Origin: Kistimonas asteriae
Lineage (GTDB): Bacteria > Pseudomonadota > Gammaproteobacteria > Pseudomonadales > Endozoicomonadaceae
Length of the DNA stretch: 24,000 nt
Reading direction: 5' to 3'
Assembly (NCBI RefSeq): GCF_018263925.1
Contig: NZ_JAEVHF010000010.1
Coordinates: 157,458-181,457, forward strand
Shown: positions 1 through 10,200 of the stretch, piece by piece
Layout: each line of letters starts with the position of its first letter
Position numbering within the stretch: position 1 is the first letter of the stretch
The notes under the pieces: generated by a model
What the model saw: the letters and a program-made list of their open reading frames with translations, nothing else
The model's database searches: none
What the model was told of the DNA's origin: nothing
Program-made: the position numbers and the translations under genes

Positions 1-1
1 G

Positions 2-523
2 TATTCGCGGTTAAGTCGTCCAGAGAATGATCGGTTGGTCGTGGGGCAGCGATTACCGCTGTTTACGGTGATGGATACTGATGGAAATCTCATTCCGTCA
101 GATACATTCCAAGGACGTCCACATCTATTGCTTTTCTTTCGTGGCAACTGGTGTCCATTGTGTATGGCGCAGATACGAGAAGTCGCAGCCCAATACCGGG
201 AATTACATGCGCGAGGTGTGAGAGTCGCACTGGTCAGCCCGCAGCCTCACGAGAATACCCAGGCACTTGCGCAGCGGTTTGACGTTCCCATGGAGTTTTA
301 TACCGATTCTGATAATAAAGCGGCTCATGCCCTGAAAATCAATCATGATGCTGGGCTGCCTGAAGGGTTGCAGGTGATGGGGTATGACTCAGACACCGTT
401 TTTCCGACGGTGATTATGACCGATGCTGGTGGACATATCATCTTTGTTGATCTCACGGACAACTATCGTATCAGGCCAGAACCTGATGTTTTCCTGAGTA
501 TTCTTGATAAATATATAAAGTAA
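2..523 (+). CDS. AhpC/TSA (redoxin) family thioredoxin-fold protein, 5' end probably outside the window
   Basis: Track ORF 35..523 starts at TTG, but the frame stays open back to base 2. WCPLC redox motif preceded by the HLLLFFRGN strand. This is the layout of peroxiredoxin-like family proteins, which normally carry about 50 more N-terminal residues. Confidence 0.8.
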   Translation, partial: YSRLSRPENDRLVVGQRLPLFTVMDTDGNLIPSDTFQGRPHLLLFFRGNWCPLCMAQIREVAAQYRELHARGVRVALVSPQPHENTQALAQRFDVPMEFYTDSDNKAAHALKINHDAGLPEGLQVMGYDSDTVFPTVIMTDAGGHIIFVDLTDNYRIRPEPDVFLSILDKYIK

Positions 524-584
524 GTATTATATACAATCATATACCTTTAGTAATAAAAATAACCTGACAGACCTGAGTATCGAA

Positions 585-608
585 AGGGCGCATAAATTAA
601 TGTGCCCT
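585..608. terminator. Hairpin between convergent genes (redoxin gene and greB)
   Basis: AGGGCGCA (585-592) pairs with TGTGCCCT (601-608): 8-bp stem with one G-T pair and an 8-nt AT loop, 15 nt beyond the greB stop. Flanking U-tracts are weak. Confidence 0.45.
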
Positions 609-622
609 AATTCATTAGTTAA

Positions 623-1126
623 TCATGGTTGATGATAGGTAATGCTAATGATGCAGTAACAGGTTTCTTTCTCTTCCACGAGGATAACAATCTCATCATC
701 AATAGTTTTCCCCATCAGTGCACGGGCCAGAGGGGAATCCATGCTGAGCAGGCCGTTTTTCAAGTCAAATTCGTCAGGGCCTACAACTCGCCAGGTAGTT
801 TCTATGCCTTCTCCATCTTCAACGGTAACCCAGGCGCCAAAGTAGACACGGCTGGTATCCTCGGGCAAAGTAGTAACAACTGTGAGCTGATCCAGTCGCT
901 TACGCAGAAAGCGAACGCGACTGTCAATCTGGCGCAGTAGCTTCTTGCCGTAGATGTATTCGGCATTTTCCGACCGGTCACCCAGCGCCGCCGCTTCAGA
1001 AACGGCCTGTGTGACTTGCGGTCGCTGGGTTCGCCAGAGATAATCAAGTTCGTCCTTGAGCGTGGTGTACCCTTCAGGCGTAATGTAAAAGGATCCGGGC
1101 TTGCGTGATGGTCGGTATCGGGACAT
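623..1126 (-). CDS. greB: Transcript cleavage factor GreB
   Basis: 167 aa. N-terminal coiled-coil with the Gre signature LGDRSENAEY. YITPEGYTTLKDELDYLW and the C-terminal ISMDSPLARALMGK block align with E. coli GreB as I remember it. Confidence 0.93.
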   Translation of the reverse strand: MSRYRPSRKPGSFYITPEGYTTLKDELDYLWRTQRPQVTQAVSEAAALGDRSENAEYIYGKKLLRQIDSRVRFLRKRLDQLTVVTTLPEDTSRVYFGAWVTVEDGEGIETTWRVVGPDEFDLKNGLLSMDSPLARALMGKTIDDEIVILVEEKETCYCIISITYHQP

Positions 1127-1249
1127 GGGACTTTTACGTATCCTTGTCAGTTACTGATAGGAAGCATGAAAAAAATGCGATATCTTACGCGGCTTTTTTA
1201 AACCCTGTTGGCACTGAGACCTGTGAAGCGTTACAAACAGAGCATACTG

Positions 1250-1546
1250 TCAGACTACTTTGTTACGATAGGACACTCTGGCCCTGCGCATGTTGTCGAG
1301 GCCAATTTCGATATAGAGTCCAGCCAGGATCGTACACTCTGCACCGATGTCATCCAGGCCACCTGGCGGTTTGAGGTGCTTACGAATAAGCATTTGCCAA
1401 GCATTTGCCCGATCTGTATCGCCATCCTTGATCGTCGTATCAGCAATATGCCCCGCCTCAAGCGTCATGTCCTGGTAGAAACCGTGAAACCCCTGCAGTT
1501 TGAGTTGCCAGTCTGCCAGCTGGGCCTTGATTTTTAACTGGACCAT
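1250..1546 (-). CDS. Hypothetical small protein (doubtful)
   Basis: Only sizeable ORF in the gap between greB and the DAHP synthase gene. The track ORF (1250..1615, GTG start) overlaps the upstream gene and its terminator; the first ATG is at 1546. No motif recognised. The ATG abuts the terminator U-tract, so expression is uncertain. Confidence 0.3.
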   Translation of the reverse strand: MVQLKIKAQLADWQLKLQGFHGFYQDMTLEAGHIADTTIKDGDTDRANAWQMLIRKHLKPPGGLDDIGAECTILAGLYIEIGLDNMRRARVSYRNKVV

Positions 1547-1573
1547 AAAAAAGGGCAAGTTCAACTTGCCCTT
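1547..1573 (-). terminator. Rho-independent terminator of the DAHP synthase gene
   Basis: AAGGGCAAGT (1551-1560) pairs with ACTTGCCCTT (1564-1573), a perfect 10-bp stem. The A-run at 1547-1552 gives a U6 tract on the minus strand, 20 nt after the stop at 1593. Confidence 0.8.
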
Positions 1574-1592
1574 TTCGTAAACTATCTTGTCA

Positions 1593-2690
1593 TTACAATG
1601 CATCTGACCGGTCACGCACCGGCAATATCTCTCTCAGTTTTTCAGCCATCTTCTTGATGGTTTCTTCCGTGGTATGCCAGTCAATACAGGCATCGGTGAC
1701 TGAAACACCATATTTCAGTTCGCTGAGATCTTCCGGGATCGACTGGCTGCCCCAGCCTAAATTACTCTCAATCATCAATGATGTGATGGAATTGTTGCCT
1801 TCCAGAATCTGGTTGGTGACATTCTCCATTACCAACGGCTGCAGGCTGGGATCTTTATCCGAGTTCGCATGGCTGCAGTCGATCATGATATTGGGGGCAA
1901 TGTCCGCTTTTCTCAGCGCCTGCTCACACAGGGCAACACTGACGGAATCATAATTGGGCTTCCCGTTGCCACCACGCAGTACGACATGGCCGTATTTGTT
2001 CCCCTTGGTATGCGTGATCGCTACCTGTCCTTTCTTATCAATACCGAGGAAGCGATGGGGGCTGGACACAGACTGCAGCGCATTAATGGCGACCGTGAGG
2101 CTCCCATCAGTACCATTCTTGAAACCAACCGCAGAGGAAAGGCCACTGGCCATTTCACGGTGCGTCTGCGATTCAGTGGTACGGGCACCAATGGCAGACC
2201 AGGAAATCAGATCCTGCATATATTGTGGTGTAATGGGATCCAATGCTTCGGTGGCGGTTGGTAATCCCATTTCAGCAATATCCATCAATAACCGACGGGC
2301 GATATGAAGCCCTTCCTCGATTTTGAATGAATCATTCAGGTAGGGGTCGTTGATCAGTCCCTTCCAGCCGGTGGTGGTGCGGGGCTTTTCAAAATAGACT
2401 CGCATGACCAGATATAGCGTATCTGAAACTTCCTCTGCCAGCTTCTTGAGTTTTTCAGCATAATCACGCGCAGCATCAACATCGTGGATAGAGCAGGGGC
2501 CTACCACAAGAAACAGACGTTTGTCGGTTCCACTCAGGATATTGCGCACCGTCTGCCGCCCCAGGGTCACGGTGTCGCGCGCCGTATCACTCAACTGGAT
2601 TTCAGCTTTAATCTGTTCCGGGGTGACGAGGATTTCCTGGGATTCAATATTCAGATCGTCGATCGGTAACTGTGCCATAGCGTCTTTCAC
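1593..2690 (-). CDS. aroF: 3-deoxy-7-phosphoheptulonate (DAHP) synthase, class I, AroF-like
   Basis: 365 aa. Motifs LVVGPCSIHD, LVMRVYFEKPRTTTGWKGLINDP, IGARTTESQTHREMASGLS, GFKNGTDG and KYGVSVTDACIDW. The N-terminus (V/M)KDA...LVTPEQIK and the C-terminal region look closer to E. coli AroF than AroG; the isozyme call is tentative. Track start is GTG at 2690; alternative ATG at 2678. Confidence 0.93.
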   Translation of the reverse strand: MKDAMAQLPIDDLNIESQEILVTPEQIKAEIQLSDTARDTVTLGRQTVRNILSGTDKRLFLVVGPCSIHDVDAARDYAEKLKKLAEEVSDTLYLVMRVYFEKPRTTTGWKGLINDPYLNDSFKIEEGLHIARRLLMDIAEMGLPTATEALDPITPQYMQDLISWSAIGARTTESQTHREMASGLSSAVGFKNGTDGSLTVAINALQSVSSPHRFLGIDKKGQVAITHTKGNKYGHVVLRGGNGKPNYDSVSVALCEQALRKADIAPNIMIDCSHANSDKDPSLQPLVMENVTNQILEGNNSITSLMIESNLGWGSQSIPEDLSELKYGVSVTDACIDWHTTEETIKKMAEKLREILPVRDRSDAL

Positions 2691-3149
2691 TTCCGGTCAT
2701 GCGTAATGGAATAGTTATAATCCGGATTCCCTTTGCGTAGAATCCCGCGTCAAGAGTAATGTATTGGTTACCTTTCGACAATCTATGGGACGGATAAACA
2801 ACGTTTACGCAGCGATATGAACGTGTCTTCGCATCAATAGAAATAGTGAGGTGAACATTGCAGTCACGAATGAAATGCGCGACGTAACACGTTGAAAAAA
2901 AAGATAATTCAAATTTGCGTCAGGCTTCATCCTTTATTTACGCGATGCTTACGTAATTAGGTGTCAAACGCAATAGACACCGTGAACTCCCACCATATAA
3001 TCCGTCGAAAATAGAAACGGGTTCATCAGAAACCCGATTGTCTCTGTAAAACACTTTATAAACTGTCTTCTGGCTGCTTAATGAAAACCTGTTGGTTGTG
3101 ACAGGCCATTACGCATTTGGTAAGTCATTCCTATTAGCTTTTAGTGCTC

Positions 3150-3171
3150 CTTTTCCTCCGGGGAGGAAGGG
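3150..3171 (+). promoter_or_regulatory. Stable hairpin in the MFS gene leader containing the only SD-like purine run
   Basis: TTCCTCC (3153-3159) pairs with GGAGGAA (3162-3168), extendable by two T-G pairs and one C-G pair. A T-rich stretch CTCTTCTGTTATT follows. The ATG at 3196 has no SD of its own. Confidence 0.3.
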
Positions 3172-3195
3172 CTCTTCTGTTATTAGAGCATTTCA

Positions 3196-4425
3196 ATGAA
3201 TCGAGCGGTAAAAATCCTGCTGGCAGGTGTCTGTATTAACCTGTGCATGGGTGTTCTCTATGCCTGGAGTGTATTAAGTAAGGCATTGGTCAGTGAATGG
3301 GGTTGGTCCAACGCCAGCGCCTCTATGCCCTATACCGTGGGTATCGTTACATTTGCTGCTGCCGTACTGTGTTCCGGTGTTCTGCAGGATCGTATGGGTC
3401 CGCGTAAGATGGTTATCCTGGGCACCACGCTGGTTGGTCTGGGCATGATCGCATCAAGCTTCGTTGCTAATCCTGTCGGTCTCGTGTTGACCTTTGGTGT
3501 GCTGGTCGGTACCGGTATCGGTTTTGCCTATGCCTGCCTGAGCCCTTCTGCGATGAAATGGTTCCATCCGTCCAAGAAAGGACTGGTGAATGGCCTGATC
3601 GCCGGTGGTTTTGGTATGGCACCACTTTACCTGGCGCCGACCACATCCGCTTTGATCGGCACTGTGGGTATCAGCAGTGCGTTCCTGTACCTTGGTATTG
3701 GTGTGCTGCTGGTTGCTGTACCGCTGTCTTTCACCATCGTCAACCCACCGGCTGGCTATACCCCGGCACAGCCTCGTGGTCTTAAGGACGCAGGTAATGG
3801 AGGCACTGCAGCAGCTGATTTCAACTGGCGCCAGATGCTGAAGACCCGTCAGTTCTATTACCTGTGGGTCATGTTTGCATTTGCCTCTTCTGCAGGTCTG
3901 ATGCTGATCGGTAACATTACTACCATCGCTAGTGTTCAAGGTGGTATTGCCAATGCCGCGTACCTGGTGTCTATCCTGGCGCTGTTCAATACCTGCGGCC
4001 GTGTTTTGATGGGTATGCTGTCTGACAAGATTGGCCGTATCCAGACGCTGCTGCTGGTTTTTGTTCTGCAGGGCGTAAACATGATGATCTTCCCGATGCT
4101 CTCTACTGACATGGGCTTCATCTTCGGCGCGATGCTGGCGGGTATCGGTTACGGCGCGCTGCTGAGCGTATTCCCGTCTATCACTGCGGATTACTATGGC
4201 CTGAAGAACTACGGCAGCAATTTCGGTGTGCTGTACTCCGCATGGGGTGTGAGTGGTTTCATTGGCCCGGTGGTCGCAGCCGTGGTTGTCGATGCTACCG
4301 GTTCTTTTGCGATTGCCTATACCGTTTCAGCCGTCATGCTGGGTATTGCTGGTGTTCTGGCTCTCTTCACCAAGCCCGTTACCGAGCTTCCTGAAGAGCA
4401 GCAGGCGCCGCTTGTGGCTGCTTGA
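3196..4425 (+). CDS. MFS transporter, oxalate/formate antiporter (OFA) family-like
   Basis: 409 aa with about 12 hydrophobic segments. N-terminus ILLAGVCINLCMGVLYAWSV is typical of OFA-family MFS proteins. A central hydrophilic loop (PAQPRGLKDAGNGG) separates the two halves. Confidence 0.88.
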   Translation: MNRAVKILLAGVCINLCMGVLYAWSVLSKALVSEWGWSNASASMPYTVGIVTFAAAVLCSGVLQDRMGPRKMVILGTTLVGLGMIASSFVANPVGLVLTFGVLVGTGIGFAYACLSPSAMKWFHPSKKGLVNGLIAGGFGMAPLYLAPTTSALIGTVGISSAFLYLGIGVLLVAVPLSFTIVNPPAGYTPAQPRGLKDAGNGGTAAADFNWRQMLKTRQFYYLWVMFAFASSAGLMLIGNITTIASVQGGIANAAYLVSILALFNTCGRVLMGMLSDKIGRIQTLLLVFVLQGVNMMIFPMLSTDMGFIFGAMLAGIGYGALLSVFPSITADYYGLKNYGSNFGVLYSAWGVSGFIGPVVAAVVVDATGSFAIAYTVSAVMLGIAGVLALFTKPVTELPEEQQAPLVAA

Positions 4426-4443
4426 TGTCTGAATGATTTTTTT

Positions 4444-4466
4444 AGCCCGCTTAGGCGGGCTTTTTT
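4444..4466 (+). terminator. Rho-independent terminator of the MFS gene
   Basis: AGCCCGC (4444-4450), loop TTAG, GCGGGCT (4455-4461), followed by TTTTTT. Confidence 0.88.
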
Positions 4467-4566
4467 ATTTTTGGCATTTCTATAACTCATCGTACAAATC
4501 CCGTCTTTTTATCTTGTACGGCAGTAGTACACTGGCAGTCACTGATTCATACCAAGAACGCCACGC

Positions 4567-5511
4567 ATGCCGGATACATTGAACGACAAACTGGTTGTTG
4601 CTATCTCATCACGGGCCCTGTTCAACCTTGAGGCTGGCCACAAGGTCTTTGAAGAAGAGGGGCTGGAAGCCTATCGCCATTACCAGGTAGCGCATGAAGA
4701 CTGTGTGCTTGAACCCGGTGAAGCATTCCCGCTGGTTAGAAAACTGCTCAATATCAATCACCTCCTGGGTGATGTGTCGCGGGTTGAGGTGATTCTCCTG
4801 TCACGCAACAGTGCGGATACCGGACTCCGTGTCTTCAATTCCATTGAAGAGTATGGGCTGGATATCCGGCGCGCTGCATTTTGTGGTGGCGAAAGTCCGT
4901 ACCGTTATGTCCCGGCATTTAATTCCCACCTGTTTCTCTCAACGGATGTTGATGATGTACGAAAGGCGCTGGCGGATGGTTTTGCCGCTGCAACGGTGCT
5001 GTCGTCGATTTCCAAGGAGCGCCAGGAAACCGATGAACTTCGCATTGCGTTCGATGGCGATGCCGTGATTTTTTCTGATGAAGCCGAGCGTGTCTATCAG
5101 CAGTCTGGCCTGCAGGCCTTTACGGAAGCGGAGCGTTCGTCTGCCCATCAGCCATTACCAGGTGGTCCTTTTAAACCCTTTCTGGCGATGATTCAGGATA
5201 TCCAGCTGGAGTTCGGTGAGCGCCATTGCCCGATTCGAACGGCGTTGGTGACAGCGCGGAGCACAACAGCCCATGAGCGAGTGATTCGCACACTGCGCTC
5301 ATGGAATATCCGTCTTGATGAAGCCATCTTCCTCGGCGGGTTGGATAAGGGCGCATTCCTCAAAGCCTTTCAGGCGGATATGTTTTTTGATGACCAGGTG
5401 CGTCATTGTGACTCAGCGCGGGCGCATGTCAGTACCGGACATGTTCCTCACGGCGTCACCAATGAATCAAAAGAGGGTGTATTTTATACCGAGTCCCAGC
5501 AGGAGGAGTGA
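4567..5511 (+). CDS. 5'-nucleotidase (cytosolic 5'-nucleotidase-1-like family, Pfam 5_nucleotid by recollection)
   Basis: 314 aa. LVVAISSRALFNLE, VILLSRNSADTGLRVFNSI, RIAFDGDAVIFSDEAERVY and ALVTARS...RLDEAIFLGG are blocks I recognise from this bacterial family. Confidence 0.82.
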   Translation: MPDTLNDKLVVAISSRALFNLEAGHKVFEEEGLEAYRHYQVAHEDCVLEPGEAFPLVRKLLNINHLLGDVSRVEVILLSRNSADTGLRVFNSIEEYGLDIRRAAFCGGESPYRYVPAFNSHLFLSTDVDDVRKALADGFAAATVLSSISKERQETDELRIAFDGDAVIFSDEAERVYQQSGLQAFTEAERSSAHQPLPGGPFKPFLAMIQDIQLEFGERHCPIRTALVTARSTTAHERVIRTLRSWNIRLDEAIFLGGLDKGAFLKAFQADMFFDDQVRHCDSARAHVSTGHVPHGVTNESKEGVFYTESQQEE

Positions 5512-6228
5512 CAGTACACGCTGGAGGAATACATCCGGTAATTTGTGCCCAACCTTTGTGCCGAGGTAAATGGCAGGCAGGGAGCCAATCAGTAGCGCTC
5601 CAAGTAGCTGGAAATCAACATTCCCCAGGTAGAGGTGACCCAGGCCGCCAGCCAGTGTCAACGGAACGGCATGGGCCAGGTCTGTCCCGACGATTCGGCT
5701 TGCGGACATCACCGGATAGAGCAGAATCAGAATCGCTGTACCGAGTGCGCCCGCGCCAACCGATGACAGTGTCACGAATACACCCAGCAAAACGCCCATT
5801 ATGACGGTAATGAATGCAGCACTTTTGTCACTTAAAACGGGGGCATGCCTTAGCAGCTGTTTTCTTAACAACAAGACGACAGACGATAGGATCAACATAA
5901 AGCCCAGCGACACGGTCAGTACATCCGTATAACTGTCACTGCCGGTAAAAAACAGGTCAAGGGCTACAATAGTGAGGCCTGCGGCTGGCAGGCTGCCGAC
6001 AGCCATTCGTTTCACCACTGACCAATTGATGCTTTTCTGACGATGATGGGCGAACACGCCGCCCGCCTTGGTAATGGATGCGTACATCAGGTCAGTACCG
6101 ATAGCGACAGGGGCGGGGAACCCAAACAGTAACAGCAGAGGGGTCATCAGCGATCCTCCCCCGATGCCTGTCAATCCTACGGCGAATCCGACGCCCGCGC
6201 CCGCAACGATATAAAGCAGTGCATCCAT
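5467..6228 (-). CDS. TauE/SafE (TSUP) family sulfite/anion exporter-like permease
   Basis: Hydrophobic throughout. Duplicated GxGGG-type motif (GLTGIGGGSLMTPLLL and SSVGAGALGTAILILL). The track ORF starts at GTG 6282, but MDALLYIVAGAGVG from ATG 6228 matches typical family N-termini. Confidence 0.82.
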   Translation of the reverse strand: MDALLYIVAGAGVGFAVGLTGIGGGSLMTPLLLLFGFPAPVAIGTDLMYASITKAGGVFAHHRQKSINWSVVKRMAVGSLPAAGLTIVALDLFFTGSDSYTDVLTVSLGFMLILSSVVLLLRKQLLRHAPVLSDKSAAFITVIMGVLLGVFVTLSSVGAGALGTAILILLYPVMSASRIVGTDLAHAVPLTLAGGLGHLYLGNVDFQLLGALLIGSLPAIYLGTKVGHKLPDVFLQRVLSLLLLGLGIKYTLF

Positions 6229-6401
6229 GAATAAATTATGGTCTAAAGTTATAAGTATTCTTCGTAAGCATAGTATTCGCACTTAACACGCCATCGAAAG
6301 ATTGATGTGTATCAATGAAGCAAGTGCGGTGGTAAATGTAGCGATAAGCTACTATTCTATAAAAGAATATTTATTCATATTTTTATGCTTCATTCGAATA
6401 A

Positions 6402-7397
<996 letters not shown>

Positions 7398-7419
7398 CGG
7401 TTGACGATCGCACAGAACG

Positions 7420-7452
7420 GGCTGATCTGGCATGGTTTGGATCAGCCTTTTT
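7420..7452 (+). terminator. Rho-independent terminator after cysB
   Basis: GGCTGATC (7420-7427) pairs with GATCAGCC (7440-7447), followed by TTTTT. It lies directly beside the stop (7458) of the convergent small gene. Confidence 0.75.
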
Positions 7453-7457
7453 CTTTG

Positions 7458-7751
7458 TCAGTTTGTTTCTTCTGCCGTTGCTTTATCCAGTACTTCTTTG
7501 ACCAGCTTAAAATAAATCGTATACGCGATGGGGGCTTCCCCAGGCTTTTCGACGACAAAGAAAGGTGCCTTGTCGACATTCAGCATAGTGGCAATCTGCA
7601 TGCCTTCACTGAGCGGGTCATTTTCATAGGCTTCGACAATACGGTCGATTCGCTTGATGTGACCTGACTGCTCCAACCGTTCCAGCACTTCACCGCATTT
7701 CTTGCAGGGCGATCCATCGGCCAGAATTTTTTTGACCATCGTTATTTTCAT
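7458..7751 (-). CDS. Small CxxC protein, thioredoxin/glutaredoxin-fold-like, function unknown
   Basis: 97 aa. CKKC motif near the N-terminus followed by a helix, then a later PFFVV strand, consistent with a thioredoxin-like fold. Alternative start at Met5 (7739). No firm family assignment. Confidence 0.55.
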   Translation of the reverse strand: MKITMVKKILADGSPCKKCGEVLERLEQSGHIKRIDRIVEAYENDPLSEGMQIATMLNVDKAPFFVVEKPGEAPIAYTIYFKLVKEVLDKATAEETN

Positions 7752-7989
7752 CGGGAATTCCTTCTTTTCCTTGGCAACACAGCGTCATGGCGATTCTATC
7801 AATGCTAACGCAATCTACTAATAACATTTCCGCATAACTTAATAGCACCCGGTTAGGGTTTGCATGGCGGTAAGCTCAGGGGTAGAGTGTGCGCTGCTCC
7901 GCTGTCATTATCAGCATCAATAAACAGCCGAACTGCATTAGAAGAACCGTATAACACCGTAAAATAAACAGAAAAAATCAGGAGTCGTT

Positions 7990-8610
7990 GTGGAAATAGC
8001 CTGCCTGGATCTGGAAGGGGTACTGGTTCCCGAAATCTGGATCAAATTCGCCGAGCAAACCGGCATTGATGAACTCAAAGCCACCACCCGAGATATTCCC
8101 GATTATGATGTCCTGATGAAACAGCGACTTAAATTGCTGGATCAGCATGGTCTGGGATTGCGGGAGATTCAGGCTGTCATCGCCGAGATGGCGCCACTGC
8201 CCGGTGCCCGTGACTTTATCGACTGGTTACGGGAACGTTTCCAGGTTGTCATTCTCTCTGATACGTTTTATGAATTCGCCCAGCCTCTCATGCGTCAACT
8301 GGGATTCCCGACGTTGCTCTGCCACCGTCTCGAAGTTGATGATAAGGGCAAAGTCACTGACTATAGCCTGCGTCAGAAAGATCCCAAGCGGATGTCCGTC
8401 AAAGCGTTTCATAGCCTGAAATACCGGGTGATCGCCGCCGGTGATTCCTACAACGACACTACCATGTTGGCTGAAGCGGATGCCGGCATCCTGTTCCATG
8501 CACCGGACAATGTCATCGAAGAGTTTCCGCAGTTTCCGGCAGTACATACCTTTGATGACCTGAAAATGGCATTCTGTCAGGCCAGTGTGCGAGACATTCC
8601 ATTGCAGTAA
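7990..8610 (+). CDS. thrH: Phosphoserine phosphatase / homoserine phosphotransferase ThrH (HAD superfamily)
   Basis: 206 aa. GTG start with an AGGAG SD at 7980-7984. MEIACLDLEGVLVPEIWI, TTRDIPDYDVLMKQRL, RFQVVILSDTFYEF, LGFPTLLCH and AAGDSYNDTTML are nearly identical to P. aeruginosa ThrH as remembered. Confidence 0.9.
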   Translation: MEIACLDLEGVLVPEIWIKFAEQTGIDELKATTRDIPDYDVLMKQRLKLLDQHGLGLREIQAVIAEMAPLPGARDFIDWLRERFQVVILSDTFYEFAQPLMRQLGFPTLLCHRLEVDDKGKVTDYSLRQKDPKRMSVKAFHSLKYRVIAAGDSYNDTTMLAEADAGILFHAPDNVIEEFPQFPAVHTFDDLKMAFCQASVRDIPLQ

Positions 8611-8652
8611 ACAACAAGATACTGAAGATATTGTACTGACGGACGGGTAGGG

Positions 8653-10041
8653 CTAGAGCGCTACCCGTTCTGCTTCGAGGCTTTCCAGAACATTCATCAG
8701 GTTTCTGACCTTGGTGATGGATTCCTGATACTCCATCTCGCAATCAGAATCCGCGACGATGCCGCCGCCGCCCCAGCAGTGGATCTGCTGACCATCGGCA
8801 ACCAGTGTGCGAATAGCAATATTGGTATCCATCCGGCCATGGCTGCTGATATAGCCGATAGCACCGCAATACACGGAGCGGGGAACCGGCTCCAGCTCCC
8901 GAATGATTTCCATCGCACGAATTTTAGGTGCGCCGGTGATGGAACCTCCGGGGAAGGCATCCCGTAGCAACATCAGGTTGTCATGTCCCTCGGCCAGTTG
9001 GCCGGTCACCGTGCTGACGAGGTGATGCACATTGGCGTAACTTTCCAGACCAAACAATACGGGGACTTTAATAGAGCCAGGTTTGCAGTTACGCCCCAGG
9101 TCATTACGCAACAGATCAACAATCATCAGGTTTTCAGCCCGATCCTTTTCGCTGGTCAGGAGTTCGGCGGCGGACGCGATATCTTCGTCCATATCCCGTC
9201 CGCGAGGGCGAGTGCCTTTGATAGGACGGGTTTCAACGTCACCATTATCAGAACGCAACAGTCGTTCAGGTGAATGGCTGAGCACCTTGAGTTCATCGAA
9301 ATCCAGAAACGCGGCGAAAGGGGTAGGGCTGGCAGCTCTCAGTGCCTGATAGGCTGACCATGGGTCACCCTGATAGTGGGCGGAAAACCGTTGTGTCAGG
9401 TTGACCTGGTAGCAGTCACCGGCGGCAATCCAGTCCTTGATATGATGGAAAGCATTCTGGTACTCGGACGGTGACATACTGGCCGAAAAGGGCGTATTCA
9501 AATGGAACGCTGATGGAAACACCGTTGCTGGTTTATGCAGTCGCTGTTCAATGCGATGGCGCTTTTCCTCTGGCATATCCGGATGGGCCACCAGCCAGGT
9601 TCTGCCGGTGTGATGGTCCACTACAACCGCCCAGAGATAAAGCCCCACCAGCATGGACGGGTGTGATGAGTTGCGCGGTGTAATGCGTCCCGGCTCCAGG
9701 CTTTCATTCAGTTCATAGCCCCAGTAACCGGCCAGACCGCCAGTAAACGGCATTTGTTGGCTATCAACCGGAGAGGGGAGTGCTACATGCAGGGTTTCAA
9801 ACGGTGCAGTCGTCAATGGTTGCCAGTTGTCGCTTGTTGACGGTTTACACCAGGTGACACCTGCTTTGTGGCGGTAGAGATTTTCCGGTGCGGCAGTCAG
9901 GATGTCGTACCGGTAACGGTAATCGCCGGTAGAGCGGGCGACACTGTCGAGCATCAACGCATTGCCCAGCGGCCGAAGACGCTCGAACCACTGGACGGAA
10001 TCCGTCAGGTGCGGCAGTTCGGTGATGGAAAGGTGTTTCAT
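8653..10041 (-). CDS. pabB: Aminodeoxychorismate synthase component I
   Basis: 462 aa chorismate-utilising enzyme: SPERLL, ETRPIKGTRPRG, SEKDRAENLMIVDL(L)RND, FPGGSITGAPK and YCGAIGY. Its size and its position next to thrH fit PabB rather than TrpE. Confidence 0.85.
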   Translation of the reverse strand: MKHLSITELPHLTDSVQWFERLRPLGNALMLDSVARSTGDYRYRYDILTAAPENLYRHKAGVTWCKPSTSDNWQPLTTAPFETLHVALPSPVDSQQMPFTGGLAGYWGYELNESLEPGRITPRNSSHPSMLVGLYLWAVVVDHHTGRTWLVAHPDMPEEKRHRIEQRLHKPATVFPSAFHLNTPFSASMSPSEYQNAFHHIKDWIAAGDCYQVNLTQRFSAHYQGDPWSAYQALRAASPTPFAAFLDFDELKVLSHSPERLLRSDNGDVETRPIKGTRPRGRDMDEDIASAAELLTSEKDRAENLMIVDLLRNDLGRNCKPGSIKVPVLFGLESYANVHHLVSTVTGQLAEGHDNLMLLRDAFPGGSITGAPKIRAMEIIRELEPVPRSVYCGAIGYISSHGRMDTNIAIRTLVADGQQIHCWGGGGIVADSDCEMEYQESITKVRNLMNVLESLEAERVAL

Positions 10042-10200
10042 TGACGTGTTTCACTGCGGTTTGGCCGGCATTGTATACCGGATGCCAGGCGTTCAAAAGG
10101 AAGCAATGCGCATTCTCACTGACATACCGCAATGCATTGCCCAAACCAAACGACACTATCTGACCAGTGAATGGAGCTCGTCTGAAAAATAGACCTGACA

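Noticed and set aside
1105-1537. Plus-strand ORFs of 89 aa and 109 aa between greB and the DAHP synthase gene.
   Set aside because: No motifs, no SD, odd composition, and overlap with the greB start and with the marginally better minus-strand ORF.
3045-3062. TGTAAA-N6-TATAAA, a partial TyrR box (consensus TGTAAA-N6-TTTACA), near an AroF-like gene.
   Set aside because: The right half matches only 4 of 6 positions, and the site lies about 355 bp from the aroF-like start. That is too weak to call.
7874-7887. GCTCAGGGGTAGAG, which resembles a tRNA D-arm.
   Set aside because: No acceptor stem, no anticodon arm and no GTTCGAATC-type T-arm nearby, so it is not a tRNA.
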